This document shows, one piece after another, positions 47,527 through 57,292 of a stretch of DNA of 64,000 nucleotides. The DNA is from an uncultured Lachnobacterium sp. (GTDB lineage: Bacteria > Bacillota > Clostridia > Lachnospirales > Lachnospiraceae). Both the position numbers and the translations under genes were made by a program. Position 1 is the stretch's first letter, and every line of letters starts with the position of its first letter. The stretch lies in the NCBI GenBank assembly GCA_964614035.1, contig CAZTKM010000005.1, forward strand, positions 10,028 to 74,027, written 5' to 3'. The notes beneath the pieces are model-generated. The model made no database searches. It saw only the letters and a list, made by a program, of their open reading frames with translations, and was not told the DNA's origin.

Positions 47527-49782
47527 CTATGGTTCCAGAGGTTTTTCCTTGACTGCTTTGTATTGTCCGTATCCGTCCTTTACGATTTTTGTTACCACGC
47601 CGCCATTTTCCGGCTTTGAGAACCGGTACAAGGTGTATGCGCCTTCCCGATACGCAAAGCTTTCTCCGTCATCATGAAAATGCTCATATACACATTCGCC
47701 GGGCGTCGTCAGAAGGGTCAACGTCTCATATGGTTTTTCTCCCACATATTGCAGGGTATCGTACATCGGTATGATGCTTCCCGCGCGAATATACATTGGA
47801 CATTCATCTATTGCTGCTTCCCGCAGGAGATACCTTCCGCCCTCTACCGCTTCTTTTGTCCAGAAATCATACCAGGTTCCCTTCGGCAGATAGATCATTC
47901 TCCTCGTTGCCCCCTGCTCCACAACCGGAGCAACAAGAATGTTTTCGCCAACCAGAAATTCACTATTCAGATTGTACGTATTCTCATCATCTTCATAATG
48001 TAATACAAGCGGACGCATAACCGGAAGTCCGGTCTTTTCCCCTTCGTAGAGCAAATCATATATATATGGTAAGAACCGATAGCGAAGTCCAACATATTTT
48101 CGATAAATATCTACCACCTGTCCGCCGAGCATCCATGGTTCCTGCCGTCTCGATCCTTTTGCGGAATGATTTCGAAAGAACGGCGAAAACATTGCCGCCT
48201 CAATCCATCTCGACATCAGCTCCGGCGTCGTGTCCGCTCCGAATCCGCCAATGTCAGTTCCGCATAATGCGAATCCGCTCATACCCAGATTACAAAGCTG
48301 CGGAATCAGCATCTGCAGATGCGACCAAAGGCTCTGATTATCTCCGGTCCATACGCATGCGTACTTCTGTGTTCCCGCATATGCCGCTCTCGTAATGACA
48401 AACGGTCGTTTTCCGGTATGCTTTTTGTAACCGTCATAGGTCGCTTTTCCCATAAAATGTCCATATACATTGTGCAGCTCCGCATGGTTTGTCACGCGCT
48501 CTTCGTCGCAGAATACAACATCCTCCGGAAGCGGCCCCCGAAAACTTGCCGGTTCATTCATATCATTCCAGATTCCAAGCACTCCCATATCTGTCAAAAA
48601 AGAAATGTGGTCTCCCCACCAGTCGCGCACTTCTTTTCGCCCGAAGTCCGGATAATTTGCTTCTCCCGGCCATACCTCATTGACATAGACCTCTCCGTCC
48701 CTATCCTTCGCAAAATATCCGTTCTTCATTCCCTCTTCGTACATGAAATATCCCGGCTCGAGCTTTGTCCCCGGATCGATAATTACCACCGGCTTAAAGC
48801 CCTTCTCGCCCAGCAGACGAAACAGTTCGCCCTTTTTGCCGAACTTTTCCTCATCCCATGTAAACACCTTATACTTTTCCATATAGTCAATGTCATACTG
48901 CACTGATTCACATGGTATATTCAGCTTCCGATAGTTATCGGCGACCTCTCGGATATCCTCTGCGCACGCATATCCCCAGCGGCACTGATGGAATCCCAAT
49001 GTCCACAGCTGCGGAAGCGGGGTTGTTCCCGTCAGATACGTGTAATTGCCGATCACATCCGTAAGATGCTCTCCGCCAAGGAAATAATAATCCAGATTTC
49101 CATCATCCGCGGCATAGTAAAAATACGCGCTGTTCTCCTTTCCGAGATTCAGATAGCTGTGAAACGTATTATCAAAAAACAGGCCATACACACCATGCTT
49201 CTTTTTGCACATCATAAACGGAACCGACTTATACAGCGCATGAAAATCCTCCGTATGCGCCTGCGGCAGATCGGAATTCCAATTCTCATATTCATAGCTG
49301 CGTTTATTCAAAAATCCGGTCTTATCGCCAAGACCGTAGAGGACGTCCTCCGTATCCAATACCTTTACCGTCTTTACCTTATGCTTCTTTTCAGACAGCG
49401 AGGAAATATCATGTCCCTCGGCTTTAAGCAAAGCGATCAGTTCTTTGTCGGCCGTCCCCTCCTTCTTTACCTTACCGCCGTAATCCTGCAAGAGCATGCT
49501 TCCGTCTTTACTTAGAATCTCTGTCATAAAGTCATCTTTGACACGAACCACAAGCTGATCGGTCGAAATGACAAGCTGTCCGTTTTCCAACCCGGTAGAA
49601 AAAACGGTCGGCCTGCACTTCTTCCCCTCAATCGCCTTGGAGCGATGTTCCGCCGACCAGATTGGAACGAGAAAATTAATAATCTCATCGGTAATTACTT
49701 CCACTATGACCTTCTGTTTTTCAAAGGATATCTGAATCTGATTCCCATCCGATTTATAAGAAACGAATTTACCGTATTCCAT
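47527..49782 (-). CDS. GH31 alpha-glucosidase
   Basis: YGLGDK, GFHQCRWGY, DIDYM, catalytic WNDMNEP, WTGDN, DIGGF, FRNH. Confidence 0.94.
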   Translation of the reverse strand: MEYGKFVSYKSDGNQIQISFEKQKVIVEVITDEIINFLVPIWSAEHRSKAIEGKKCRPTVFSTGLENGQLVISTDQLVVRVKDDFMTEILSKDGSMLLQDYGGKVKKEGTADKELIALLKAEGHDISSLSEKKHKVKTVKVLDTEDVLYGLGDKTGFLNKRSYEYENWNSDLPQAHTEDFHALYKSVPFMMCKKKHGVYGLFFDNTFHSYLNLGKENSAYFYYAADDGNLDYYFLGGEHLTDVIGNYTYLTGTTPLPQLWTLGFHQCRWGYACAEDIREVADNYRKLNIPCESVQYDIDYMEKYKVFTWDEEKFGKKGELFRLLGEKGFKPVVIIDPGTKLEPGYFMYEEGMKNGYFAKDRDGEVYVNEVWPGEANYPDFGRKEVRDWWGDHISFLTDMGVLGIWNDMNEPASFRGPLPEDVVFCDEERVTNHAELHNVYGHFMGKATYDGYKKHTGKRPFVITRAAYAGTQKYACVWTGDNQSLWSHLQMLIPQLCNLGMSGFALCGTDIGGFGADTTPELMSRWIEAAMFSPFFRNHSAKGSRRQEPWMLGGQVVDIYRKYVGLRYRFLPYIYDLLYEGEKTGLPVMRPLVLHYEDDENTYNLNSEFLVGENILVAPVVEQGATRRMIYLPKGTWYDFWTKEAVEGGRYLLREAAIDECPMYIRAGSIIPMYDTLQYVGEKPYETLTLLTTPGECVYEHFHDDGESFAYREGAYTLYRFSKPENGGVVTKIVKDGYGQYKAVKEKPLEP

Positions 49783-49798
49783 CTTAAACCTCCGTATG

Positions 49799-50830
49799 TC
49801 AACTGCCGATTCTCATACAAAAACGAAGTACGTTTTTTGCCACAAGCTGCAGCTCTCCCAGGGTAATCCCTTCCTTCGATGAAAGCGCCTCATAAATGGA
49901 ACCGTCCGCTTTTCCCTTGTACCTTCCGAAACGATCCGCTCCCGGCATAAAGATATCCACCTGAGCCTTGAATCATTGTGGGAACGGTTTGTCTCCTGAT
50001 TGTTGCAGGCAAAATGCTTTACGGTTGCATGTGCTCCTGCGCTTTGCACATAAATTTGGATTACTTCTTTTCCTGCTCTGCTGCCGGTATTCGTTACATG
50101 GAAGGCAACCACGCGGTCGTCCACCGCGTCCACTTCGATGGCAAAAGACGTATAGCTTAGTCCGAAGCCGAACGGATACTGTACCAGATCTTTTGCAAAT
50201 GTTTCAAAGAAACGATACCCTACAAAAATATCCTCGGAATAGTTGTTGAACTCTTTATTTCCGAAATTTGCCGTAGACGGATAGCTCTCCAATTCTGCAA
50301 TCGTGTCCGTCAGCTTGCCGGACGGTGAAAGCGCCCCGCTTATCACATCATAAAGCGCATTTCCCATCTCCTGGCCGCCCTGCCAGAAAAACATGAGACC
50401 GTCCAAATCCAATTCCTTCGCGAAAGAAACATCCATGATGGAGCCGCAATCTAAAATCACTGCTACCTTTGCGAAATGCTTCTTTAAAGAGACCAGAATC
50501 TCTTTTTCCTTATTCGTCAGATACCAGCTTCCGGCTTCCGGCTTATTCTCCCTGTCTTCGCCCGCTGCCCGTCCGATAATCATAACAGCCTTATCATTTC
50601 TGGATGCCGCATCCTCTACAAGCTCATCCGATACCGGCATTTCGTCATAATACATTGGCCAATGCGTCCAATATCCGTCGTCCGGCGGATTGTCTGCGCA
50701 CCATGCGCGATACTCCTTGGCAACCTTCTCGTCAATCTGCATACCGTTCTGTGTCAGTCCGTCATCAATTTCCACGCTGCTCCCCTGCGCCAGACGATTC
50801 CCGAGTGAAGCCGATAATCTGTGAAATACT
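49799..50830 (-). pseudogene. GH3 beta-glucosidase remnant (domain-permuted type) with multiple internal deletions
   Basis: GRAAGEDRE, WQGGQEMG, PSGKLTDT, YPFGFGLSYT; jump from EVIQIYVQS to AGAHATVKHFACNNQE; out-of-frame AQVDIFMPG...ITLGELQLVAKNVLRF*. Confidence 0.8.
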
Positions 50831-50839
50831 TTTTTTGTC

Positions 50840-51301
50840 TTATTCAATGTTCTGCTCCACCATTTCTAAATATTCAGTCTTAACATACCCTGTAAATCCG
50901 CCAAATGAAATCTGCGACCATTCGCCTTCTTCTCCGAGGACGGTTACCTCTGTTCCCTCTCCGATTACCGTCAGAATCTCACAATCCGTATTCGGTTCTT
51001 TTCTCATGCGGACTCCGGTAGTAACCTTCGCCGTTCTCTCCGCGGTACCCGCTTCGGTTCCGGACTGGGTTTCCGTCTCCGGTTCGCCTTCCGTCTCTGT
51101 AGTCGGAGCGTTTGGATCTATTACAAAATATGGCTGGGTCTCTGTCTCTGTTTCCGTCTCAGTCTGCGTACTTTCCTGCTCCGGAATAAATTTTTCGATT
51201 CCCCATGCAGCAAGCTTCCAGATCAGCACCCCCATAACAAGCAAAAATATTACAAATACGATACGGGCAATAATAACGTCTCTTCTGTGCTTTTTACTCA
51301 T
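50840..51301 (-). CDS. Membrane-anchored SH3b-domain protein
   Basis: Basic N-terminus plus TM; Thr/Glu linker; VRMRKEP...WSQISFGGFTGYVKTEYL. Confidence 0.85.
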   Translation of the reverse strand: MSKKHRRDVIIARIVFVIFLLVMGVLIWKLAAWGIEKFIPEQESTQTETETETETQPYFVIDPNAPTTETEGEPETETQSGTEAGTAERTAKVTTGVRMRKEPNTDCEILTVIGEGTEVTVLGEEGEWSQISFGGFTGYVKTEYLEMVEQNIE

Positions 51302-51447
51302 GTTCCTATCCTCATCTTTTAAAAAATATTTGCTAACTATTGTAAATCTCCCATTCCAAAAATAGGAGCCTACGCAATTGCATAGTCTCCTATATTATAC
51401 ACAAAAAACCTTGTGTTTACTAGCCATTATACCTTTTTTTCTCATTT

Positions 51448-52428
51448 TTACTGTTCAAAGCTCCATGCATGGGCAATTTCACTTCGAATATCGTAAAAAT
51501 CCCATTCCTTTTGGCTTAACGCCAGACTGTTTGGATCATTGATGGTAATCACGTCATTATTGATTCCTGTCAGAACAATAAAATGCCCTGCCCTCGTAAA
51601 CTGGCCTCTGCGCATACTGCAGATTACCGGATGCCCTTTTTCTAATTCCCCTATAATATCCTCCTCTGTGACGGAAAGTTCATTGCAGGTTATCCCATAC
51701 AGCTGTGCAACGTCGGAAAAGAATGCCCATTTCGTACCGGTTCCCTTTAAATAATAATTGTGACTCATCGCATAATCCGCAAGATACAGAGGATTCAGCT
51801 GTTCGTTTTTTGTAAAGCCGATCAGAATCATTGACAGGCATGTTGGCCCGCATCCTGATATTCCTATGTTATAGCTGCCGTAATCCTCAAAGCCCCATCT
51901 CTCATCCCACTGCATCAGAAGCGGGATATCTGCGGAAAGCTCCGCGTCGGTAAGTTCGAATTCTTCGTCCGGCATATACTCCCCATTTCCATATTGATAC
52001 AAAAAGTGTATAAGCCCCGCATTTCCGTCCGCGCCTTCCACCTTTTCTGACGGAAAAAGTTCTTTATGCGATTGCAGCCACTCATATTCCGCATCGGTAT
52101 CGAAATGAATTTCCCTCTGCAAAAGCTCTTCCTGAATAATCAGCATAGCCTCGCCGGAATCGAGCGATTGCACCATGTCGGAATTTCCGTTTCCGCTTAT
52201 CACACTGATCTCAAATTTATTCGATTCGTTCTCCGGTTCCGCCTCGTCCGTTCGCGCCGCATACTCCGTTTTCCTTTCCATGCCGGCAGTGCTTGATGCA
52301 GCCACATACTGCTTGAGATAAAGCATCACTATAATCAGGGCAATCGCGGACAGCACAAGAATAATCTCTTCAATCCGCAGAATCAGAATACGTTTTCTAT
52401 ATTGTTTACTCTTTTGTGAATGACTCAT
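51448..52428 (-). CDS. Membrane-anchored C39-like cysteine peptidase
   Basis: PLLMQWDERWG, GCGPTCLSM, GHFIVL, INDPNS. Confidence 0.87.
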   Translation of the reverse strand: MSHSQKSKQYRKRILILRIEEIILVLSAIALIIVMLYLKQYVAASSTAGMERKTEYAARTDEAEPENESNKFEISVISGNGNSDMVQSLDSGEAMLIIQEELLQREIHFDTDAEYEWLQSHKELFPSEKVEGADGNAGLIHFLYQYGNGEYMPDEEFELTDAELSADIPLLMQWDERWGFEDYGSYNIGISGCGPTCLSMILIGFTKNEQLNPLYLADYAMSHNYYLKGTGTKWAFFSDVAQLYGITCNELSVTEEDIIGELEKGHPVICSMRRGQFTRAGHFIVLTGINNDVITINDPNSLALSQKEWDFYDIRSEIAHAWSFEQ

Positions 52429-52432
52429 TTTC

Positions 52433-53788
52433 CTAATCCTCCCAATGCTTCATAATATGAAGCAGCTTGGCTAAATTGATCAGCGCCCTTGCACCCTCAT
52501 CCACAATAACGGCCATAAATACTCCGACGATTCCGAAATGGAACACGTATACAAACAGGCAGGCGCAGCCAATTACCAAGAATGTTCCCAAAATCTGTGT
52601 ATAGAACATCCAGACCGTATTACCGCTTCCCCTGATTCCGTTCCCGATAATAATATTTCCCGATTTTCCATACAGGTTCAGGCATACCAAAATGAGATAT
52701 ACGCCGCAGGTTGCAATAATTTCCTGATCCTTCGTAAAAAGCCGCAGGATGAACTGAGGCATTGTTCCGCAGACAATCAGCATGGCCAAGGATACCGCTA
52801 TACAAAGAAGATACGCGATTTTGCACACACTCTTAAACTGCTTTAAATTCCGGCTTCCCATTGCCTCGCCGGACAACGTCATCGTTCCGCTTCCGATTGC
52901 CCCGATGATAACAACGGCAAGAACTTCCACACTAAATACAATGGAGTAGATTCCTGCTGCAAGGTCATTGATGGAATTTAAAATTTTAATCAGCATCAGG
53001 TTTCCGAAATTCCACGCAAAATCCTCCAGCGCCGCATTGATGCCAAGCTTTACCGATTGAAGAAACGGCCGGATTGGCGCAGCTATAATACTTGCTATGG
53101 AAGGTTTCGTCTTTACCGCCGGATTTCTTGCAACAATTGCAAATGCGAAAAGGCATCCTGCATACTCCGCGATTGTTGTCGCAATCGCAGCTCCCTCGAT
53201 TCCCATCTGTGGAAATCCAAAACGTCCAAAAATCAAAATCCAGTCCAGCAGAATATTAAGCCCCGCCCGGATTACCCCATACCAGACCATAGGTTTCGTA
53301 TAATTCGAGGTCTGCATGATTACCATGAAGGAGCTCTCGATTCCTACTACCAGAAAGGCAGGCGCATAGAATCTGGTATACCCCAGACAGTACGGCATAA
53401 TACTGTCGGACACTCCCATCAGACGGTATACCGTTTCTCCAAGGAATAACCAGAAGAAAAATAAAATAACCGGAATTACATTATTCCATTTTACCATGGA
53501 CGCAGCATAATCCTCGATGTGCTCCAAGTCATTTGCACCTACGCTCTGGCTGATTAAAATGGAGGCTCCCATAACCAGAGAAAAGCAAAAGGACATGGTC
53601 GTCCACATCGGAGATGTGACATTTCCGAGAGCGCTCATATAGTATGTATTCATTTGTCCCAAAAAAATGCGGTCAATAATCATCTGCAGCTGCGAGATGA
53701 CGTTGCTTAGCATCAGCGGAACTGCGATCATCAGTAATTTTTTTAAGTATCGTTTATTCACTTTTGTTTCCTCTGAAAAAATCAGCAC
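52433..53788 (-). CDS. MATE-family efflux transporter
   Basis: About 12 TM; IDRIFLG, GIEGAAIAT, GIRGSGNT; exact start uncertain. Confidence 0.88.
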   Translation of the reverse strand: MLIFSEETKVNKRYLKKLLMIAVPLMLSNVISQLQMIIDRIFLGQMNTYYMSALGNVTSPMWTTMSFCFSLVMGASILISQSVGANDLEHIEDYAASMVKWNNVIPVILFFFWLFLGETVYRLMGVSDSIMPYCLGYTRFYAPAFLVVGIESSFMVIMQTSNYTKPMVWYGVIRAGLNILLDWILIFGRFGFPQMGIEGAAIATTIAEYAGCLFAFAIVARNPAVKTKPSIASIIAAPIRPFLQSVKLGINAALEDFAWNFGNLMLIKILNSINDLAAGIYSIVFSVEVLAVVIIGAIGSGTMTLSGEAMGSRNLKQFKSVCKIAYLLCIAVSLAMLIVCGTMPQFILRLFTKDQEIIATCGVYLILVCLNLYGKSGNIIIGNGIRGSGNTVWMFYTQILGTFLVIGCACLFVYVFHFGIVGVFMAVIVDEGARALINLAKLLHIMKHWED

Positions 53789-53896
53789 TCTCCAAATCCG
53801 ATCTTGTACCTTTCCAGCATTTTACCATATTTTTTTCGTCCATACCACAAACATTCCGCCCTTTCGGGCAATTTTTCAAGAGCTTGCCAAAGGATA

Positions 53897-53950
53897 TGGG
53901 AAAAGTGCCTGAAAATCGAACATTTTCAGGCACTTTTCCCACACATTTTT
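53897..53950. terminator. Perfect 20-bp inverted repeat (terminator-like)
   Basis: TGGGAAAAGTGCCTGAAAAT (53897-53916) / ATTTTCAGGCACTTTTCCCA (53922-53941). Confidence 0.75.
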
Positions 53951-54262
53951 TTACATCGGCATTTGCATTTTCAGATCAAGATATGTGATACACATATCCG
54001 CCCCTGCCAGAAAAACAGCGAACAGCATAATCAGAAACATTAAACATACTGCGCCCTTATCATATACAAATCTGCGGTTTGAAAAATTGGAAATCAGTAT
54101 TTCTACGCCGATGCCAATCATCATAAACGGCCAGAGCTTTATAATAAACTCATAGCTTAAAAAATCCACAAAAAGCCGGAGAATAAATAATGTGCCAAAC
54201 ACAATCATGGAAATTCCCGCGGTATACGAACCGACTCTATGCGTTCTCTTTTGCTTTTCCAT
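53951..54262 (-). CDS. LiaI/LiaF-like (DUF5668) membrane protein
   Basis: RVGSYTAG..., KLWPFMMIGIGVEIL; AGGAG RBS before ATG 54262. Confidence 0.7.
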   Translation of the reverse strand: MEKQKRTHRVGSYTAGISMIVFGTLFILRLFVDFLSYEFIIKLWPFMMIGIGVEILISNFSNRRFVYDKGAVCLMFLIMLFAVFLAGADMCITYLDLKMQMPM

Positions 54263-54779
54263 CCAGCTCCTCCTTTTTTCCAAGAATCATCCGGATACCA
54301 ATCACGATAATTACAACTGCAAAGATGATTTCCGGGACTCTGTCAATAATCGGATATAACGTTTCCCATATTTCTACCGGGATAAATTTTAAGAAAAAGC
54401 TTCTGAAGTTACTCCACAGCACGCCGCATCCGAATACAATCAAAATTGCCGCGAACCATTTGCGCCCTGTTTTCCCGGAAATTTTTACCGCCCTGCTGTC
54501 TGTAAACTCTTCCCAGATGAACTTATCCTCTAAAGCCATAAAATCCGCATCATCCATCGCATCTATATTTCTTGCATGGAAAAAGCCATAGAACCACAGC
54601 AAAAAGGCAATACATACAAATACATCATTCGCGCGGAAAATCGCCGGAATCATAAAGCTTAAGAAAAATACCGCCATAAGGCTGACTCCCAGCTTCATAA
54701 ATCCCATATACATTTCTGCCGCTCCCGGTAAAAGCGAACAGATAAAAGTAAACGCTTTGTTTTTCTTTTTTTGTCTCAT
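54237..54779 (-). CDS. Membrane protein of the ECF sigma operon
   Basis: SLLPGAAEMYMGFMKLG motif; 4 TM; GGAGG RBS before ATG 54779. Confidence 0.75.
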   Translation of the reverse strand: MRQKKKNKAFTFICSLLPGAAEMYMGFMKLGVSLMAVFFLSFMIPAIFRANDVFVCIAFLLWFYGFFHARNIDAMDDADFMALEDKFIWEEFTDSRAVKISGKTGRKWFAAILIVFGCGVLWSNFRSFFLKFIPVEIWETLYPIIDRVPEIIFAVVIIVIGIRMILGKKEELDGKAKENA

Positions 54780-55216
54780 TGATTCATCCTCCAATTAAAA
54801 ATACGGTTATTTTCTCCATCTTCCCAAAAGATGTCATTGATCGTTTCTTCTGAATTCAGGAAACCTAAATATCTGGAATTTCCGATCCTGGTCATAAGCT
54901 GATTGTCGCTTCTTTTCAAAGCTTCCTCCTTCGATTCTATTCCGGCTTCAGCCAGTACCTGATCCTTTGCCGGAACCGCGGTATCCTGCCCGCCTGTAAA
55001 CCAAGGCAGCATAAACATCAATGCAATTGCCGCCGCAGCCGAAGAAGCGACCTGTATGCAGAATCTTCGATATTCTTTCTTTCTCTTTTCAATATGGTTT
55101 AGGTTTTGCAGGATATCATCCGGCAAATCCGGCGGTGCCATGGTCATTTCCGTCGTTTCCACTTCGCAAATCAGCGCATCTAACTCTTCGTCTGTCAAAT
55201 ATTCCTGTTCCTTCAT
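54776..55216 (-). CDS. Putative single-pass anti-sigma factor
   Basis: ATGA overlap with the sigma stop; N-terminal cytoplasmic helix, APP motif, one TM. Confidence 0.65.
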   Translation of the reverse strand: MKEQEYLTDEELDALICEVETTEMTMAPPDLPDDILQNLNHIEKRKKEYRRFCIQVASSAAAAIALMFMLPWFTGGQDTAVPAKDQVLAEAGIESKEEALKRSDNQLMTRIGNSRYLGFLNSEETINDIFWEDGENNRIFNWRMNQ

Positions 55217-55737
55217 GAAAGAAAATCCTCCTTCCTGATTGTTTTCTTAAGCATCTCTCTTGCCCTGTAAATCTGTGTCTGTATCGTTTTAATATGTTTG
55301 CCTTCCTTCTCTGCAACTTCCCTTGCCGTTAACCCGTCGACAAAATGTGCCTTCGCAATCGCGTCGTATGGCTGGGGCAGTTTCGCACAGCTTTCGGAAA
55401 ATGCTCTGAGCGTCTCCTCATTTAAGTACGTCTGAAGCGGATCCTCCGGCGTATCCATGTGTTCCTCCGGCAGTTCCTCCTCCGGCATATAGGTAACCCG
55501 CCTTGCCGCCTGCCTTTTATAGTCAATACATTTATTGGTTGCAATCCTGCAGATCCATGCTTTTTCCGCATATCCGTCAAAGCTTTGATAGTGCGTATAA
55601 GCGGAAATGAATGTCTCCTGCGCGATATCCTCTGCCACAAAATAGTCGCCGGTAAGCTTTAAGCAGACAGAGAAAACCAGATTCTTGTACTGATTTACCA
55701 ATCGTATGAAATTTTCTTTCGAATCGATTTTCTCCAC
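55213..55737 (-). CDS. ECF RNA polymerase sigma factor
   Basis: AEDIAQETFI, AWICRIATNKCID, region 4 TAREVA...TIQTQIYRAR; start ambiguous (GTG 55737, ATC 55728, ATG 55755). Confidence 0.92.
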   Translation of the reverse strand: MEKIDSKENFIRLVNQYKNLVFSVCLKLTGDYFVAEDIAQETFISAYTHYQSFDGYAEKAWICRIATNKCIDYKRQAARRVTYMPEEELPEEHMDTPEDPLQTYLNEETLRAFSESCAKLPQPYDAIAKAHFVDGLTAREVAEKEGKHIKTIQTQIYRAREMLKKTIRKEDFLS

Positions 55738-55745
55738 CTCCTTTA

Positions 55746-55818
55746 CCCTTCTCATAAACAGGTAATTGCGCAACTACATATTGGAAACCAAGAGTTTCGC
55801 AATTGCCCTTCTCATAAA
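55746..55818. repeat. Palindromic mini-element flanked by a 13-bp direct repeat
   Basis: CCCTTCTCATAAA at 55746-55758 and 55806-55818; inner arms GGTAATTGCG / CGCAATTGCC. Confidence 0.75.
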
Positions 55819-55819
55819 G

Positions 55820-55849
55820 TATAACGGATTAGGATTTCCAATGTCTTCA
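55820..55849 (-). promoter_or_regulatory. ECF-type promoter (probable autoregulation)
   Basis: TGAAGAC...CGTTAT on the minus strand resembles the TGAAAC/CGT consensus of Bacillota ECF promoters. Confidence 0.5.
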
Positions 55850-55877
55850 ACTTCATACAAAAATTAAAAAAATTCGC

Positions 55878-55912
55878 AAAAAAATCCATCCATACGACTC
55901 GTATAGATGGAT
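55878..55912 (-). terminator. Terminator of the collapsed ECF/ABC operon
   Basis: ATCCATCTATACG / CGTATGGATGGAT followed by a T-run. Confidence 0.7.
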
Positions 55913-55950
55913 GATGTTGATCGTTTATCATACTCTCTTTTGCATGACAA

Positions 55951-56758
55951 TTAATTTACACCCCACTGTATAAATACCTTTCTAAGCAAAACTAAGAGCG
56001 CCACGCCAAGTATCAAATGTACAATGGCCGCCATCGTGATGTAATCCACAATTACGTTTCCGAATCGATAATCGACAAAATAGCCAAGGACATCCTTCAC
56101 ATCCACAACACGAACGCCGTTACGAAAAACGCAATCAGCAAACAAACCACTGCCTGCAGCGCGCATGTCTTTCCGAGAGTAAAATCATAAGGTATCTTTG
56201 CATTTAAAAGCTGAATCGGGAGGCTCATATCATCCATGCCGAATATAGCGCCGATAATCCCCAGTTCCACTGCACCGCTTAGCATGAGATATCCGAACGA
56301 AAAGATATATGCCGCCAGCGCCTTGGCCCGAATCAGTTTCCTCTTTCCATGTCTGGTGGTCAGAAGCGGCTGCGTTACCTGCTCCGCCTTATTAATCAGT
56401 ATTCCTTTTCCGCCTCCGTATAATTGCCAAAGGACCAGTCCTTATTCAGATGTTCCTTAATCAATTTCATACGTGTTCCATAAAAATCTGCGCTTCCGTC
56501 GGATAAATCCACCTTGTTCAAAATATTCAGATCCATATTCGTATCGGAAATCTCCATATAGCTGTTTGCAAGAAAATAGACTAACTCTCCGTTCGGCTTT
56601 AAAACCTGCACATAGCCTTCGTCACTTCCCAAATCCATATTCTTATCTTGAATTTTCCTTATGGCATCCGTTACAAATTCTTCCGTCAGGTAATCTGTCT
56701 GCGAAGCAGCCAGTTCCTTATCCTGCTTAATGGCTTTAATTCCGGAAACATATCTCAA
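55951..56758 (-). pseudogene. ABC-2-type permease remnant in several frames
   Basis: Ordered fragments YLTEEFV..., FGNYTEAEKEY*, TTRHGKRKLIRAKA, LPIQLL, DVLGYFVDYRFG... with stops and frame changes. Confidence 0.7.
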
Positions 56759-56964
56759 TTCATCTTCATAATCGTAAGCCTCATCGTGGATCGGTATAAT
56801 GATGCAGAGGCCAGCACAACATATCCGGCAATCATCCCATTGTGAGGTTCATACTTCTTTGCGCGCTCCATCAGCCTGAGCATATCTGCGTCCCGTTCTG
56901 GTTCGGTCATCCGCCTGCTCTCGTTTCCGTATTGATACAATTTTCTTTCCAGATTCGTTCTCAC
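56755..56964 (-). pseudogene. Collapsed anti-sigma-like gene remnant
   Basis: GTGA overlap with the sigma remnant; abrupt composition changes; only 69 aa. Confidence 0.5.
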
Positions 56965-57245
56965 TTTGCTTCACCTCGCTTTCCATCATTTTTCATCTCA
57001 ATTTCTCCTTCAAAGCTCTCCTGCTCCTGATCAGGAATATTGGCCATATAGATTGGAGAAGCTTTTCTAAAATAGTCAATGCATTTATTTCGGGCGATTG
57101 TGTAGAGATAATTTTTCAGCTTGCCGTTGGAATGGTAAGCCTCTTTGTACTCGATAAAGCTTACAAAGGTATCATGGCAGATGTCCTCCGCCGCCTCCCT
57201 GTTCCCAAGATGATGATAGCAATAGCGAAAAATTTTTCTTCGCAT
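56961..57245 (-). pseudogene. ECF sigma factor remnant lacking region 4
   Basis: Region 2 intact (AEDICHDTF, KNYLYTIARNKCIDYFRK), then jumps to the C-terminal tail; no HTH. Confidence 0.75.
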
Positions 57246-57292
57246 GCATTATACTGCGAAGAAAAGCTTTTTTCGGCCTTTTCTGACTTTAT

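Noticed and set aside
55914-55930. cre-like palindrome TGTTGATCGTTTATCA
   Set aside because: Lies between a pseudogene stop and its terminator, not at a promoter; likely chance
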